Below are positions 35,120-47,810 of a DNA stretch of 64,000 bases, piece by piece. A program made the position numbers and the translations under genes. This DNA is from Octopus sinensis (Eukaryota), in NCBI RefSeq assembly GCF_006345805.1, contig NC_042997.1:54436001-54500000 (forward strand). Direction: 5' to 3'. The number at the start of each line of letters is the position of its first letter. The stretch's first letter is position 1. The notes under the pieces were generated by a model that searched no databases, was not told the DNA's origin, and saw nothing but the letters and a program-made list of their open reading frames with translations.

Positions 35120-36184
35120 TGAAAGATAACATAAGACAAATGGTACAATAAAAGCAAAAACATGAAAATTATAAGAATAAAGATATTTGATTACAGGTAT
35201 TGAAATTGAGAATACTCATATAGACTAAGAACATATTTATACTGAAAAGACACTGATGAGAAAGTAATGAGAATGGATAAAAGGGACCTTGATGCAGGTT
35301 TTGGAATTTAGACCATCCAAAATCTGCTGGTGCTACATCAAGTTTTGTAGAACATTATGAGAACATTCTAAAATTATATTTTCCCCATGATTCAAGTAAA
35401 CAAGAATACATAACTATGCCTTAATGAATGAAAAGTAAGAGGAGAGTAAATACGGACAGTGTTTTCTATGGCCAGATGCCCTTTCTGTTCTGGTTTCTAA
35501 GCAAGGTAAAAACATCCCAGTTTTTTTAACAACAAACAGCCCAGACAGGTGGAAACAAACAACACCATAAGAATAATTCTTTTATATAAAGATTGTGCAA
35601 CACAAGCTGCCTGAACATGCTTTCATAATGTATCTTCAAGCAAATGACACTATCAGCAAAGCCATTGTTCACACATGTGAAGGTGAGCAAAATATAAACT
35701 CTCTTTCTCTCATACATGAGAAACTTCTTTCACTTTCCATCAACCAAATCCACTCATAAAGCTTTAGGCATCCTGAGACCATAGAAGACACTTGCCCAAG
35801 ATGCCATGCAATGAACCCAGAACCCCATGGTTGTTGAAAAGCAAACTTCTTAACCACACAGCCTTGTATCTGTAATATACATACACATATATAGATTCAT
35901 ATGCACACACACATACACATGAACACACACAGACAGTGCAATTTAAACTTGCATAACAAATAACTAGTATCTAGAGGTTCATATATTTTCCTGTGTTTGG
36001 AGGGAAGTCACAAGGAGAATTCTTATTAAAATTCATGAATTATTTGGTGGGAATCTGCAGCTGAGTATGGAACAGTGCTATAAAACACAGAAGTTTCTAC
36101 ATTTTAGTCAAATTGTCAATACAATAAACCCCTGGAGAGAAATATACTGATCAACAATCTTTACACCTAACCACACACACACAC

Positions 36185-36193
36185 ATATATATA

Positions 36194-36253
<60 letters not shown>
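36185..36253. repeat. (TA)n microsatellite
   Basis: About 68 bp of near-perfect TA. Confidence 0.95.
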
Positions 36254-36258
<5 letters not shown>

Positions 36259-37091
36259 TAACAACACCATGACATGCTTCATTAATAACCTCCACCTTCT
36301 GAATACAAACAAGAAATACCCTAAATAACATTAACAAGTAAAAAAACTGACTGACCAGTTAAAACATATCACCTACTTACACTATTTTGTGAACCCTTAC
36401 AAATTTCATTACAAAAAAGCTGGCACATACAATTGCTAAGTTTTTAAAAGCTGGACTAAACTTTAAACTCTGACTTATACATTGCCATAGCAAAAGATTA
36501 AATTCAATATAACTAAGACTGATGACCAAAAAAGTTTCCTCTATCTACCCACTCCCTTTCTGTGAACCACTAAAAAACAATTCCATAACCTGAAGCTGAC
36601 ACACCTAAATATACACACCTGTTTACAAAGTTCTACATACACAAATAAATTCTGAACAATAATATAACCACAAATTTAATCAATAAAGAATTTCTCTATA
36701 ACAGCTCTTCATCACAGCCTATCCTACAAACTTACTGCCATTCAACTGAACCCCACAAACACCAGTAAAATTTTATCTTAACAGAGTCAATATAAAACCA
36801 AAATTATCTTAATGCATCACAATTTGATGATGGCTTCGAAATCATTGTCAATACTTTTCTTGTTAAAAAATAATTTGTACTCTACAAAATTGTGGACTAA
36901 CCCTTCAGGTTAATATAAAACTGATTTTATTAAAACTGAACACAAAAACAAACATTAACTTTTAACAAAAAAACAAATATATAACTTAACAAAATAATCC
37001 AATAAGCAGTTACTGTTATCATGTTGACTGACCACTGTATTTTTCAAAACTGACTTCAGCTTCCTCCTTTTTTTGCATTAAGTTAAAAAAA

Positions 37092-37556
37092 AATAATAAT
37101 AATGAAATTATTGTATACAGTGCTCAGGTGCACCACAACTTGTCAGAAAGTGCATATAAAGTACATGCAGTAATGTAGAAATGTCTGGAAAGCGAACAAT
37201 GTATGAGTCAGATACATGCTTGTGCGTGTATGGAGGGGTGAAAATCAAGTGTAGTGTTGGCGAATCTCAGGAAGCATGGAAGTTTTGAAGGATGCAGTGC
37301 TCCGACAACTAACAACTGATGCCGGCAGTTTGTTCCATGCTTCAGTAACTCTCAGCGTGAAAAAATGTTTCCTGAAGTCATGGGAGCTGTACTGTTTTCT
37401 TACTTTGTAAATATGTCCACGGGTGTTAGATGGGTGGAGTTTGAAAAGGTGCTCAGAGTTATTGTTTGTACGATGGTTGATAATTTTATGGGTGTCTGCC
37501 AAGTCAGCTGCCAGACGTCGGAGTTTCAATGTGTCCATGCCCAGGGAAGTAAGTTC
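37092..37556 (-). mobile_element. CR1-clade LINE 3' end with (ATT)n tail
   Basis: LTSLGMDTLKLRRLAADL...TRGHIYK...RKHFFTLRVTEAWNKLP, then a 3'UTR and a ttattattatt tail. Confidence 0.9.
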
Positions 37557-38734
37557 TGAACATATAAAAAGAAACAATACTTTACAACGATTGTACTCGT
37601 GTTATTACTAGTTTTCCCTTTAAAAGAAGTAATTCCTTCACACTGTTGATGACCAACAAAAATTATCATAAATTTTAAATATGTTTTCATCATCAAATAT
37701 ATCACTTCAAGGCTTTCTAACTGGCTTCTGTTTATTACCGTAATAGGGGGATTGAGCATGGGCGTTTTAATGGGGCTGCTTTGGTGATGGACGATTTGAT
37801 ACAGAAGGCAGACACACGTACACACAGAAGTAAATACATGCACAAACATATACACAGAGAAGCAAACACGCATCCACACACTAAATGTAGTGAAATTGAA
37901 ATGTAATGGTTTCGACAGAGAGTTACTTCCCTTTTACATGCCGCGGAAAGTAAACAAAATTTATTAAAAAGAAAAAAAAATGATTATATTAATATATTAA
38001 GAAATATAGCTTTATTTAGTTTTCCCGTAATTGTGATCATTTATATATGTTTTTAGTTTATGCAGTGGTTCAAGTTCTAGAAAAATACTCTCAGAGTCAA
38101 AAGGGGCCTTGTGTAGACTCAACAATGGCAAAACGCCCCTTAACCTTCTTATTGTCTTCTAGGATTTGTTTGAATCTATAGCCACCACCAGCTATCCAAA
38201 GTCAAAAGAAAACTTAACAAACCTTACCCCCCCCCCCATATATAAAAAAACAACCTTTTTTTAAAATGCACCCGGTACATATACCGAAGGTTCGCCGGAA
38301 TATGCTAGAGAGAGACAGAGTCTATCTGGAGTCGCCGGTCGTTATCTGAATACTGTGACCGTTAGGGTTTATATTCTTATTCGCAAGAAGCACTAAGAAG
38401 AATTGATCGGTAAGGCAAGGTCGATGTCAGCAGAATTCGAACTCGGACATAACGGACTGGAACAAATATTGCAAAGTATTTTTCCGACACTGACGTTTCT
38501 GTCGATGCACATAGCCTTCTGCTTTATTTTCAAATAGTGAATCTTGAATTAAATAATTTGATGTACCTCTCTTTGTTGTTTATTCATCAACTATACAATC
38601 TTTTTATTCGACAGTGCATTTGATATTAACCAATGTTTGCTTAATTTTCTAGGCAAGCGGGGTGTAATTTGAGGAAGATTTGTTGTAATTTCAATGATTA
38701 CGTACAGGCTCCTTTTTATTTTAAACATACAAAC

Positions 38735-38857
38735 CCACGTGGGTTTGTTTACATTTATGAAGAAAAAAGAAACCCTTTTCTCCCACCCCTAACCCTATAT
38801 AAAAAAAAACTTTACGGAGAGTGACGATCTTCTTCAAATGTAAACAAACACACGTGG
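38735..38857. mobile_element. MITE-like element with ~22-29 bp terminal inverted repeats
   Basis: ccacgtgggtttgtttacattt ... aaatgtaaacaaacacacgtgg, with an internal ccctaaccct. Confidence 0.55.
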
Positions 38858-39194
38858 CAATTATGGTACTTGTACCGAAAGATGGCCATAGTTTCATATT
38901 TGTGATTTTCTCAAATTACTTTTCGAAATCATAACAAAAATATCCATAGGAAATGATCATCAAAGTGGCAACTCATTTCGCCCATGTATAGTGTATTGCA
39001 GAGTTTGCATGCCTATCACTCTATCCCACATCTACAGATTTCATTTCCTCAATTACTTTAAAATTTTTACTCTCTCTCTCGAGTTACGTTTTCATCATTT
39101 ACAATTTCTATCGGAAATCAATAAAGTAGAAAGTATGAGGTGACTTGCCTGCTATAGATAACAGCTAAACCTTCAAAAGCTGTCCTGTCTTCAA

Positions 39195-39520
39195 GAATTG
39201 TGGAGGTGTTCAGTTTGCAAAGCTCTGGCTGAGCTTGGTGTTACTGGCGCATAAACACTATTACTGAATTTTCAGAGAAGACCACTGAGTGGTTTTGGAC
39301 AAAGTAAACCGCTGGTTTACTGCTGCTGGGATATAAACTAAGACTTGATCTAATGGAGTCAACTGGGTGAGAGGGTCTGATGTTGAAAGACATGAGGCCC
39401 CCAAAAAGTCACTAACGATTCATCCCAGAGCATTAATAAGATGTATCTTGGAGCTATTGCCCCAATGTTATCCTTGATTGAGCAGGCCTATAACTTGCAA
39501 GAAGTTAGCTGAATGACACA
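39195..39520 (+). mobile_element. Possible R2/Hero-like non-LTR 3' end relic
   Basis: VEV..., LAELGVTG, SEKTTEWFWTK* resemble the C-terminus after a restriction-like endonuclease. Recognised by eye and frameshifted. Confidence 0.35.
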
Positions 39521-41239
39521 ACCCAAAGGCCCTTTACCCAGTTATACTATGCTGTTCACTCTAACATGCCGTGGTGAATCATGGGATGAACCATGTCAAT
39601 CTGGCCATATCACATTTCCTTTACTGTCCTGTACAACCAAACATTCTGGTGTGACCATAGTGGAGGCAGGAAAATTTGACTTGATCACAGCATATCTGTC
39701 CCTGTTTTGTATATATTGTTAGCAGTATGCATCCTAATGTTTAAATCGGTTAAGATAGTCATGTTGCTGCTATTTGTGTGTTTCATATACTTTAGTGAGG
39801 TGAGAGAGATAGTGTTATGATGTTTTACTAGTGCTCTTTGTTAAAATATAAATTGTTAGAGTAACAGTAAAAAGAGTATTTAATATCTAATTATTCCAAA
39901 GATGATGGTTGACGGAATCAGAACTCTTGACAAAATACTTTCCTGTAGTTAGCTGTCTTATTTATTTACATCAAGATGACTGACTCTGCTATTCATTCTT
40001 CAGTCATAAAAAATAGGTATTAAGCAAGTACTGGCATTAATTTAATTAACTATATTCTGCCCCCTTCTATGAAACCTGTAGATATACACCAATATTAGGA
40101 ATCAATGTCTAATTATATTTTATTTAATAATAATAATTAGGATCTGACAAATTAACACTTTCTTATGTAATAACGGTATTGGAAAAGATTTATATAAATT
40201 TTTAAAATCAACTACCTGTTTCTGTAGCAATTTAAACTGTGAAGATATAGAAAAACATATCTTATATGTGTATACAGTTATGCATAAACTAAAGTGTCAG
40301 TGTTGGTTTGCACTTGATCTTTTGCTTTTAACTTTTCTCTGCTTTAATTTGAAATGGAAAGAGAGGGAAGAGCTCATAATCTTTGCTGGCCTGGGTGACA
40401 TTGTGCAGTTGATGTCCAACTGAACATTGCAGAAACAGCATACTTGAGGTGGGGAAAGTCAGAAGATTGTAGTTCTATGAAGGAAAGACTAAGAAATTTG
40501 TAATTTACTCTGAAGACAAAAAAAAAAAAAAAAGAGTTTGTGTGTGTGCTGTGCCTAAATTTTCCTGGTTTATTCCATAGCATGCAAACTCTGCAAAGTA
40601 CTATACATAAGTGAGGTGGGTTACCATTGTGGTTGTTTTGCTAATTATGTTTCCTAGAAGCATGTTAGTAGCCAGACATTTATCATGGCTAAAGTAGTGT
40701 GGTTAGTGTTGTCTCCAGTCACAACCAAATTAAACTAAAACCTAATTTCATGAAATTATGCTGAACAATTATCCCACCATTTCTTTATTTGCAAATTCCA
40801 TTCCAACCTGGACCACATCCACTAGCACTAAAACTACATGTGCTGTTCCTCTCCATGCTAACCTCTTACACTTTATTTACAGCCCATCTCTGCTACCTAG
40901 GATACACTTAGTATTCAAACTTTGACTCTGAAAGGTGATCTTTGCATATATGTAAAATTCATCAATAAGGATTTTCAATTACTCTGGCTCAAATCTTTCC
41001 ACATTCCTCTCTGTCAATATTTAATTCAGTTGCAATTCTTTTTGTTTTGATATTTTTTTAGAATGTTATAGATTTTTTTTTTATATTTTCATAATAGTGT
41101 TAAAAAGTAAACTGGTAAGATACATAGCAAAATCCATATAAACAAATTTATTTATTTTAAAATATATTATTTGTAAAAATTCTTTATAACAAATTTTACA
41201 ACACTACAGTAAAATAGCTTTGTATTTTATTATAGTAAT

Positions 41240-41945
41240 AAAATACAAAGTTTCTATCCTGTGTGGATGTACATGTCGAGTTAGTGCATCATTTCTAGAA
41301 AATGTTTTACCACAGAAAACACAGGTATGGTCTTTCACCTGTATGGATATGTTTATGTTGAGAGAAATGTCCTCTTTGAGAGAATGCTTTATCACAAATA
41401 TCACAGTAGTATGGCTTTTCTCCTGTGTGAATATGTATGTGGTAAGACAAATGACTCATTGTAAAAAATGCTTCATCAGAAATAACACATTGGTATGGTT
41501 TTTCTCCTGTGTGAATACGTTCGTGAGTGGTACTTGATAGAGAGTAACTTTTCACATAAAGTTGTTTGTGTGTGTGCATATAAATGCACACATATACATA
41601 TATACACACATATATGCATAAGTCAGTATGTCTGATATCTGAGGTACATAACCAATAAAACAGATAAACTGGTGCCATCAAACAAAAATACTTTGTGGTA
41701 TTCACTCCAACCGGGTTGCACATAAGCTCCCTAGTTATACTATTATTAATGCAGTAAAATAGTGATTAACCCATTGGAAACCCATTGTAACTAAGGAAGC
41801 TATTCACAAAGGGAGATGTCAAGTAGATGAGTATTCTAAGAAAATGCACCACAACAGATGGAACAGTTTTTCTCATGAATGCATCCATTAATTTCTAGAC
41901 AAGTCACTACTCTCAGAGAATATTTCATTACAAATATCACAGTGA
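41240..41945 (-). pseudogene. C2H2 ZNF pseudogene fragment
   Basis: HCDICNEIFSESSDLSRN* relic at ~41890-41945. [46 protein letters not shown], then frameshifts. No leader; paralogue-like 3' flank. Confidence 0.85.
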
Positions 41946-42194
41946 TATCTTGTGTGGCTATTCACTTTTCTTATAAACACTTTTATACAAATAGCAAAAT
42001 CTTTTGCTTTCATTTCAGTGAAAGTTTATATTCAATGTGGTAATTTATGCTGAATGAATATTTAACCTCAAATACCACAAGGGTGAGAAAGCATTGTTGG
42101 TGACAGTCACATATATAGATACAGAATGTTAAGAACAAATGATAAAAACATACTTCACAAAAATAAGTAAGCAAATAAAATTATATTTCAAGGT

Positions 42195-42200
42195 TTTATT
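42195..42200 (-). promoter_or_regulatory. Candidate poly(A) signal of ZNF4
   Basis: AATAAA on the minus strand closing the conserved terminal block (caatttcattaaaataaaacc). Confidence 0.5.
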
Positions 42201-43797
42201 TTAATGAAATTGTGTTTTCTGTTCTTCACTATGTTCTCATTTTCAGTGGTAGTCACAGTAACACTGGATTAGCTATTGAAATGTTCTAAAAGGTTATCCT
42301 ATGAAGTTGTTATGGTTCACGTAAATATCATTTTGTGGTAAAAGACAAGAACAAATTCTATGAGGACTTTGTAAGGCTGCCTGAAGAACTGATGTCATCT
42401 TCAATGACAATGTTAAGAAATACTAGGATGGTTTACTAACAAATATGGAAGCTTTGAACATGGAACATGTAAACAAAAATGATTAAAATATCTGCATTTC
42501 TCTGATATACATGATCTTAACATTTGCAACACAATCTTCAGAAAGATAGCCAACCAACTAGTAACATACTTGTCAAGTGGGTATTAGCTACAGATTGATT
42601 TTGTACTCATCTTACTAGTGAAGTAACAGCTTCTATGAATAATGATTTTGAGAATATTCTTCAATGGGAGCATAATAACTTAGATTCATCAACACAAAGA
42701 GTTACTATACATAGCAAGAGAACAGTCTTGTACCTTAACCATTCTGTCACGAACAGTAGACACCGAAAAATTTATATCGCTACATATGCTAGACCTCACA
42801 ATCTCTGATGATTGCTCATAGCAAACCCACAAATACAATAACAATAAATCCCGTCACAGAGGCTAGGTCTTTTCTTTAGGTTCAGGAAATACTTCACCAA
42901 CTTATAAAAACAGTTCAAATTGCAATACAATTTGTTCATATGAACTAGAATGTCCACAGAAAAATGTGTCAAAAATAATACCAGTGTACTTGCTTTCATT
43001 AAGTGACAAGAAAGGGGAAGTGCTATTATGTGTGGTTGAGAATGAAAGTATAAATGGGACAATGAAGAACTGTTTCCAGTGGAAAGAAACAAATTGCCTG
43101 GTTACCAGCATGATAAAAATAAGTAAGATGGAAGCAGGTTCATCAGGGAAAGTTAAAGTATCAAGATATTTAACTACTCTACAAAATATACTTCGAGTGC
43201 AGGAAGATAATGGCTGAAGTAGCTCTTTCATGATCAACTGCAATAAAGAATATGCACTAGAAATGGAAAATTACACAGGTCTCAGTGTGATTGACCAAAT
43301 ATACATTGTATAGTCAAGTTAGTACAGAAGAGAAGGTAGAGCTTGTGTTTGTTACTAAGAAGTTCTATAATTTCAGTGAGACAACAGCAAGAGATTCGAG
43401 TTAAGAACAGACACCCTGCTTTACATTTATCAATTAGGAGAATACTTCAGATGGCACCACTGTCTGTAGTCTTATGTGTGCAAAGGAAACTATGTGGAGA
43501 AACTATTGCTCAATATATTTGAAGTAAGCAAATATGAGTTCAATAATGTGTACAAACAAAAATAAAGGATATGTTCTTTGGCAATTCTAATGTCCAAAAT
43601 GGAGAGGAATAATAAATATTAATGGAGGCATAAACTATCCAGATGATCAAGTGCACACGAAAGTTACAATGGACTATCAGATAGACTACCAGAATAGAAT
43701 GATTGCCATTAAACACTGATGGTGATGAATAAGAATATGATAACAGTGATGTGGTAAAATCAATACACACAAATTCATTATGTTCTATTTGTGTTAC

Positions 43798-45234
43798 CTA
43801 CAGATCACATGGCTGTAAGTTCTCTCCTATGTGGATACGTTTGTGTTGAGTTAAATTATCACTTCTAGAAAATGTCTCACTACAGATATCACAATGGTAT
43901 GGTCTTTCTCCTGAGTGAATACGTTTGTGTCGAGAGAAATGACCACTTTGAGAGAATGTTTTACCACAGATATCACAATGGTATGGTCTTTCTCCTGTGT
44001 GAATACGCATGTGACAAGACAAATTAGCACTTCCGGAACATGTTTTACCACAGATATCACAGTCATAAGGTCTTTCTTCTGTGTGAATACGTACATGGCG
44101 AGACAATTCAGCACTTCCAGAATATGTTTTACCACAGATTTCACAGTAGTATGGTCTCTTTCCTGTATGAATACGTTTGTGGGCAACTAAATTGCTAGCA
44201 ATGGAGAAAGCTTTACCACAAATATTACAATGGTATGGTTTCTCCCCTGTGTGAATACGTTTATGTTGAGTTAAACTATCACTTCTAGAAAAAGCTTCAT
44301 TACATATATCACAGTGGTATGGTCTTTCACCTGAGTGAATCCGTTTGTGTCGAGAGAGATGACCACTTTCAGAGAATGTTTTGCCACAGATATCACAGTG
44401 GTATGGTGTTTCTCCTGTGTGAATACGTATGTGACGAGAGAAATGACCTATTTGAGAAAATGTTTTACCACAAACATCACAGTGATATGGTCTTTCTCCT
44501 GTGTGAAGACGTATGTGGCGGGACAAAGCAGCACTTCCAGAATATGATTTATCACAGATATCACAGTGGTATGGTTTCTCTTCTGTGTGAATACGTTTGT
44601 GTGTAGACAAGTTAGAGCTTCCAGAATACGACTTCCCACAGATGTCACATTGATAAGGTTTTTCACCAGTGTGAACACGTTTGTGGGTAACCAAATTGCC
44701 AGGCACAGAGAATGCTTTATCACAAACATCACATTTGTATGGTTTTTCTCCTGTATGAATACGTTTGTGGGAAACTAGATTACGCATTTCAGAAAATGAT
44801 TTGTCACAGATATCACAATGGTATGGTTTCTCTCCTGTATGAATACGTTTGTGAGCAACTAAACCACCTTTCTCAGAGAATGCTTTACTACAAATATCAC
44901 AAGTGTATGGCTTTTCCCCAGTGTGAATACGTTTGTGGATAGATAACTTATCCTTTCGAGACAAATTTTTGCCACAGATATCACATTGGAACAGTTTTTC
45001 TCCTGTATGAATACGTCTGTGGGAAAGTAAACTGCTATTTTGAGAGAATGTTTTATCACAAATATCACAGTGGTGCAAGTTTTTGCTACTAGAGAGAATA
45101 CATTTATGGGAAAATAACAGATTGCTTGTGCTGAATAATTTTCCACACATATCACAAGCATATAAATTCACTTCTGTACTTTCTTGTGTTTGATCAGATG
45201 AATCAGTATTTTCAGGCTCTGCTTTCTCCTCCAT
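43798..45234 (-). CDS. C2H2 zinc-finger protein ZNF4, 478 aa: leader, atypical finger and 15 canonical fingers
   Basis: Intact ORF. The start is placed at MEEKAEP (45234) by homology with the paralogue leaders, not at 45261. Confidence 0.95.
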   Translation of the reverse strand: MEEKAEPENTDSSDQTQESTEVNLYACDMCGKLFSTSNLLFSHKCILSSSKNLHHCDICDKTFSQNSSLLSHRRIHTGEKLFQCDICGKNLSRKDKLSIHKRIHTGEKPYTCDICSKAFSEKGGLVAHKRIHTGEKPYHCDICDKSFSEMRNLVSHKRIHTGEKPYKCDVCDKAFSVPGNLVTHKRVHTGEKPYQCDICGKSYSGSSNLSTHKRIHTEEKPYHCDICDKSYSGSAALSRHIRLHTGERPYHCDVCGKTFSQIGHFSRHIRIHTGETPYHCDICGKTFSESGHLSRHKRIHSGERPYHCDICNEAFSRSDSLTQHKRIHTGEKPYHCNICGKAFSIASNLVAHKRIHTGKRPYYCEICGKTYSGSAELSRHVRIHTEERPYDCDICGKTCSGSANLSCHMRIHTGERPYHCDICGKTFSQSGHFSRHKRIHSGERPYHCDICSETFSRSDNLTQHKRIHIGENLQPCDL

Positions 45235-46325
45235 ACTTTTCTTGTAAGAAAAGAACTTCAAGTGGATTTATTAGTTCAGAATCTTATAATTAACAATCAG
45301 CAATTAAAGTTTCATTAAACTAATATAATAAATAAGATACATCTAGATATATAAATCCTTGCACTTAACAATTCAAACTTCAGGGCAAATCTTCCATGTT
45401 TAATATGTGCAGAAAATCTTTTAGAGGGCATTTGTACAGGAAGTTTTGTAAATAATCTTAATTCTAAGGAAATATTTCACAGCCATTCAGCCAAAAGTTG
45501 AAGAAACAAGATGACACCAGCTTGATGAAGATATTTTAGTGTTCAAAAGTTGATAATCTACAGCGAAAATTTTTTTTTCTTGGCGTCATCTGATAACCTG
45601 CAATAAAATACAACATACGACATGAGAGACAATACAATGAAGTGATAACATGAAGATTACTACAGAGGATATATTACACTACAAGTACTGAAAGTTAAAA
45701 TAGCCAGAAAGAGTAAAAATTTATTTAGAGAAAAAAAACAAAAAATCAAAACATTTTGATAATATAGATATGATGGAAATGAATGATAAAAACCTGTGAG
45801 TGTGGATCTTTGAACCACAGACCACTTTATCAACATCAGCAGAAAATTACAAGGATGTTCTATAATTATATTTTCCACCTGATCCAAGCAAAGAAAAAAA
45901 ATATATATCTACATCATAATAAACACAAAGTAGATTACTTATGTGGCTGAAACTTTCTTTGTCTTGTTGAAGCACTCCAGTCACAGCCTGGGACCTTGAA
46001 GACTGCTATGATGCTTGAAAGTATACTACTCTCTTAATATTTTATATTCAACATTTCATCTATTCAATAAGACATTCAATACTTCATTTCATTTTACAAT
46101 ATATATATCATTTATACTATATATTCTATATTCTACATTAATGTTATAAAGAATATAAATAAAACATAAAAAACAGAGTTGGAATTTCTTTGAATAATAT
46201 ATATCCCTCTATACACAATCATACAAACCCCTTTTTATTTATACACACACACATATATATATACACATACACACCATATATATACATATATATATACACC
46301 CATATACATACATACATATATATAT

Positions 46326-46587
46326 CACCATCATCGTTTAACGTCCACTTTCCATGCTAGCATGGGTTGGATGATTTGACTGAGGACTGGCGAGCTAGAT
46401 GGCTGCGCCAGGCTCCAATCTAATCTGGCAGAGTTTCTACAGCTGGATGCCCTTCCTAACACTAACCACTCCGAGAGTGTAGTGGGTGCTTTTACATGCT
46501 ACCTGCACAAGGGCCAGTTTGGCGGTACTGGCAATGGCCACGCTCGAAATGGTGTTTTTTACGTGCCACCTGCACAGGAGTCAGTCA
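46326..46587 (-). mobile_element. RTE 3' tail / SINE copy
   Basis: catcatcgtttaacgtccactttccatgctagcatgggttgg family. Confidence 0.85.
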
Positions 46588-46634
46588 CACACACATATAC
46601 AAACATAGGTATAAATACATATATATATATATAT

Positions 46635-47735
46635 ACCTGATGACAGAAAGACCAATTTTATGACACCCTCTCGCAGACTACCTCATTGATGAATGGCAGG
46701 GACCTTCTCTTTGTGGCTGGTGACTTCAATGGACACATTGGACAACATGCAGTGGGCTACCATGGCATACATGGAGGCTATGGTTTTGGTTCCCGCAATG
46801 AGGAGGAAACCAGGCTGCTGGAGTTTTGTGATGTAAATGATCTTATGGTTTGCAATACTAACTTCAGGAAACCTACCAGTCACCTAGTTACCTACCGATC
46901 TGGTAGACACACTAGCCAAATTGACTACATCCTCACCAGAAAAAGGGAAAGATGGCTGCTTATAAATGTCAAAACCTTCCCAGGTGAAGAATGTACTCCA
47001 CAACATAGACTAGTAGCTAGCGACTGCAGGATCAGGACAAAATGGATGCCCAGATGACCAGCATGGAGGAGAAGGATCTGGAAGCTTAAAGATCCTGCGA
47101 ATGGACAGAGATTTAGAGACATATTACTCAAAGCTTTTGACGAAATAGAGGTGGATATAGCATCACATGATGTGGAAGACAACTGCAGGTTTCTACGGGA
47201 CAACCTGCTGAAGGCCACTGACCAGATCTGTGGATGGTGCAAAATCCCTCTCGACCCAAGGTAATGTGGTGGTGGAACAATGTTGTTGACAGGGCCATTA
47301 TGGAAAAGAAACAGGCTTGGAAGAATGGTAGTAACAGGGAATTGCAACAGACTGCCAGAAGGGAAGCTAGGAGACAGGTTTATTTAACCAGATAAGAAAA
47401 AGACTTGAGGTATTTCGTGTTGCAAGACTCGCGATGTCGTAGGAGAGAAATGTGTCCACATGGATGATAGTTCACTTGCATTAAATGAGGGTGCAAAGAG
47501 AGAGGTTTGGCGACGCCACTATGAAAGGTTGCTAAATAAAGAGAATGAATGGGAGAAAGAGAGTCTGCCAAATGCTAACCCAACACAGGGACCACCTATC
47601 CAAATTGACAGTACGCTGGTAGATAAAGCAATTAAGGGAAAGCCCCCAGTCCATCAGGAAGCATTGCAGAGATGCTCGAAATATCTGGCAGTGTCAGATA
47701 AAACCTAGTCACCCATATAATTAACCAGGTGATAC
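46635..47735 (+). mobile_element. RTE LINE internal fragment (APE endonuclease C-half and linker)
   Basis: AGDFNGHIG, RNEEETRLLEFC, SQIDYILTRK, QHRLV; continues to KREVWRRHYERLLN and aligns with 55584-55923. Confidence 0.92.
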
Positions 47736-47810
47736 ATCTGATGTTTCAGGACTGCCCTTTGTCTGAGAGGAAAGAAATTTTTCGTCTCAGTCAGTCTTGA
47801 AACATCAGAT
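47736..47810. repeat. 75-bp hairpin with 19-bp arms
   Basis: atctgatgtttcaggactg (47736-47754) versus cagtcttgaaacatcagat (47792-47810), 18/19. Confidence 0.8.

Noticed and set aside
45235-45261. Upstream extension MKFFSYKKS of ZNF4
   Set aside because: The paralogue leaders align from the second Met (45234).
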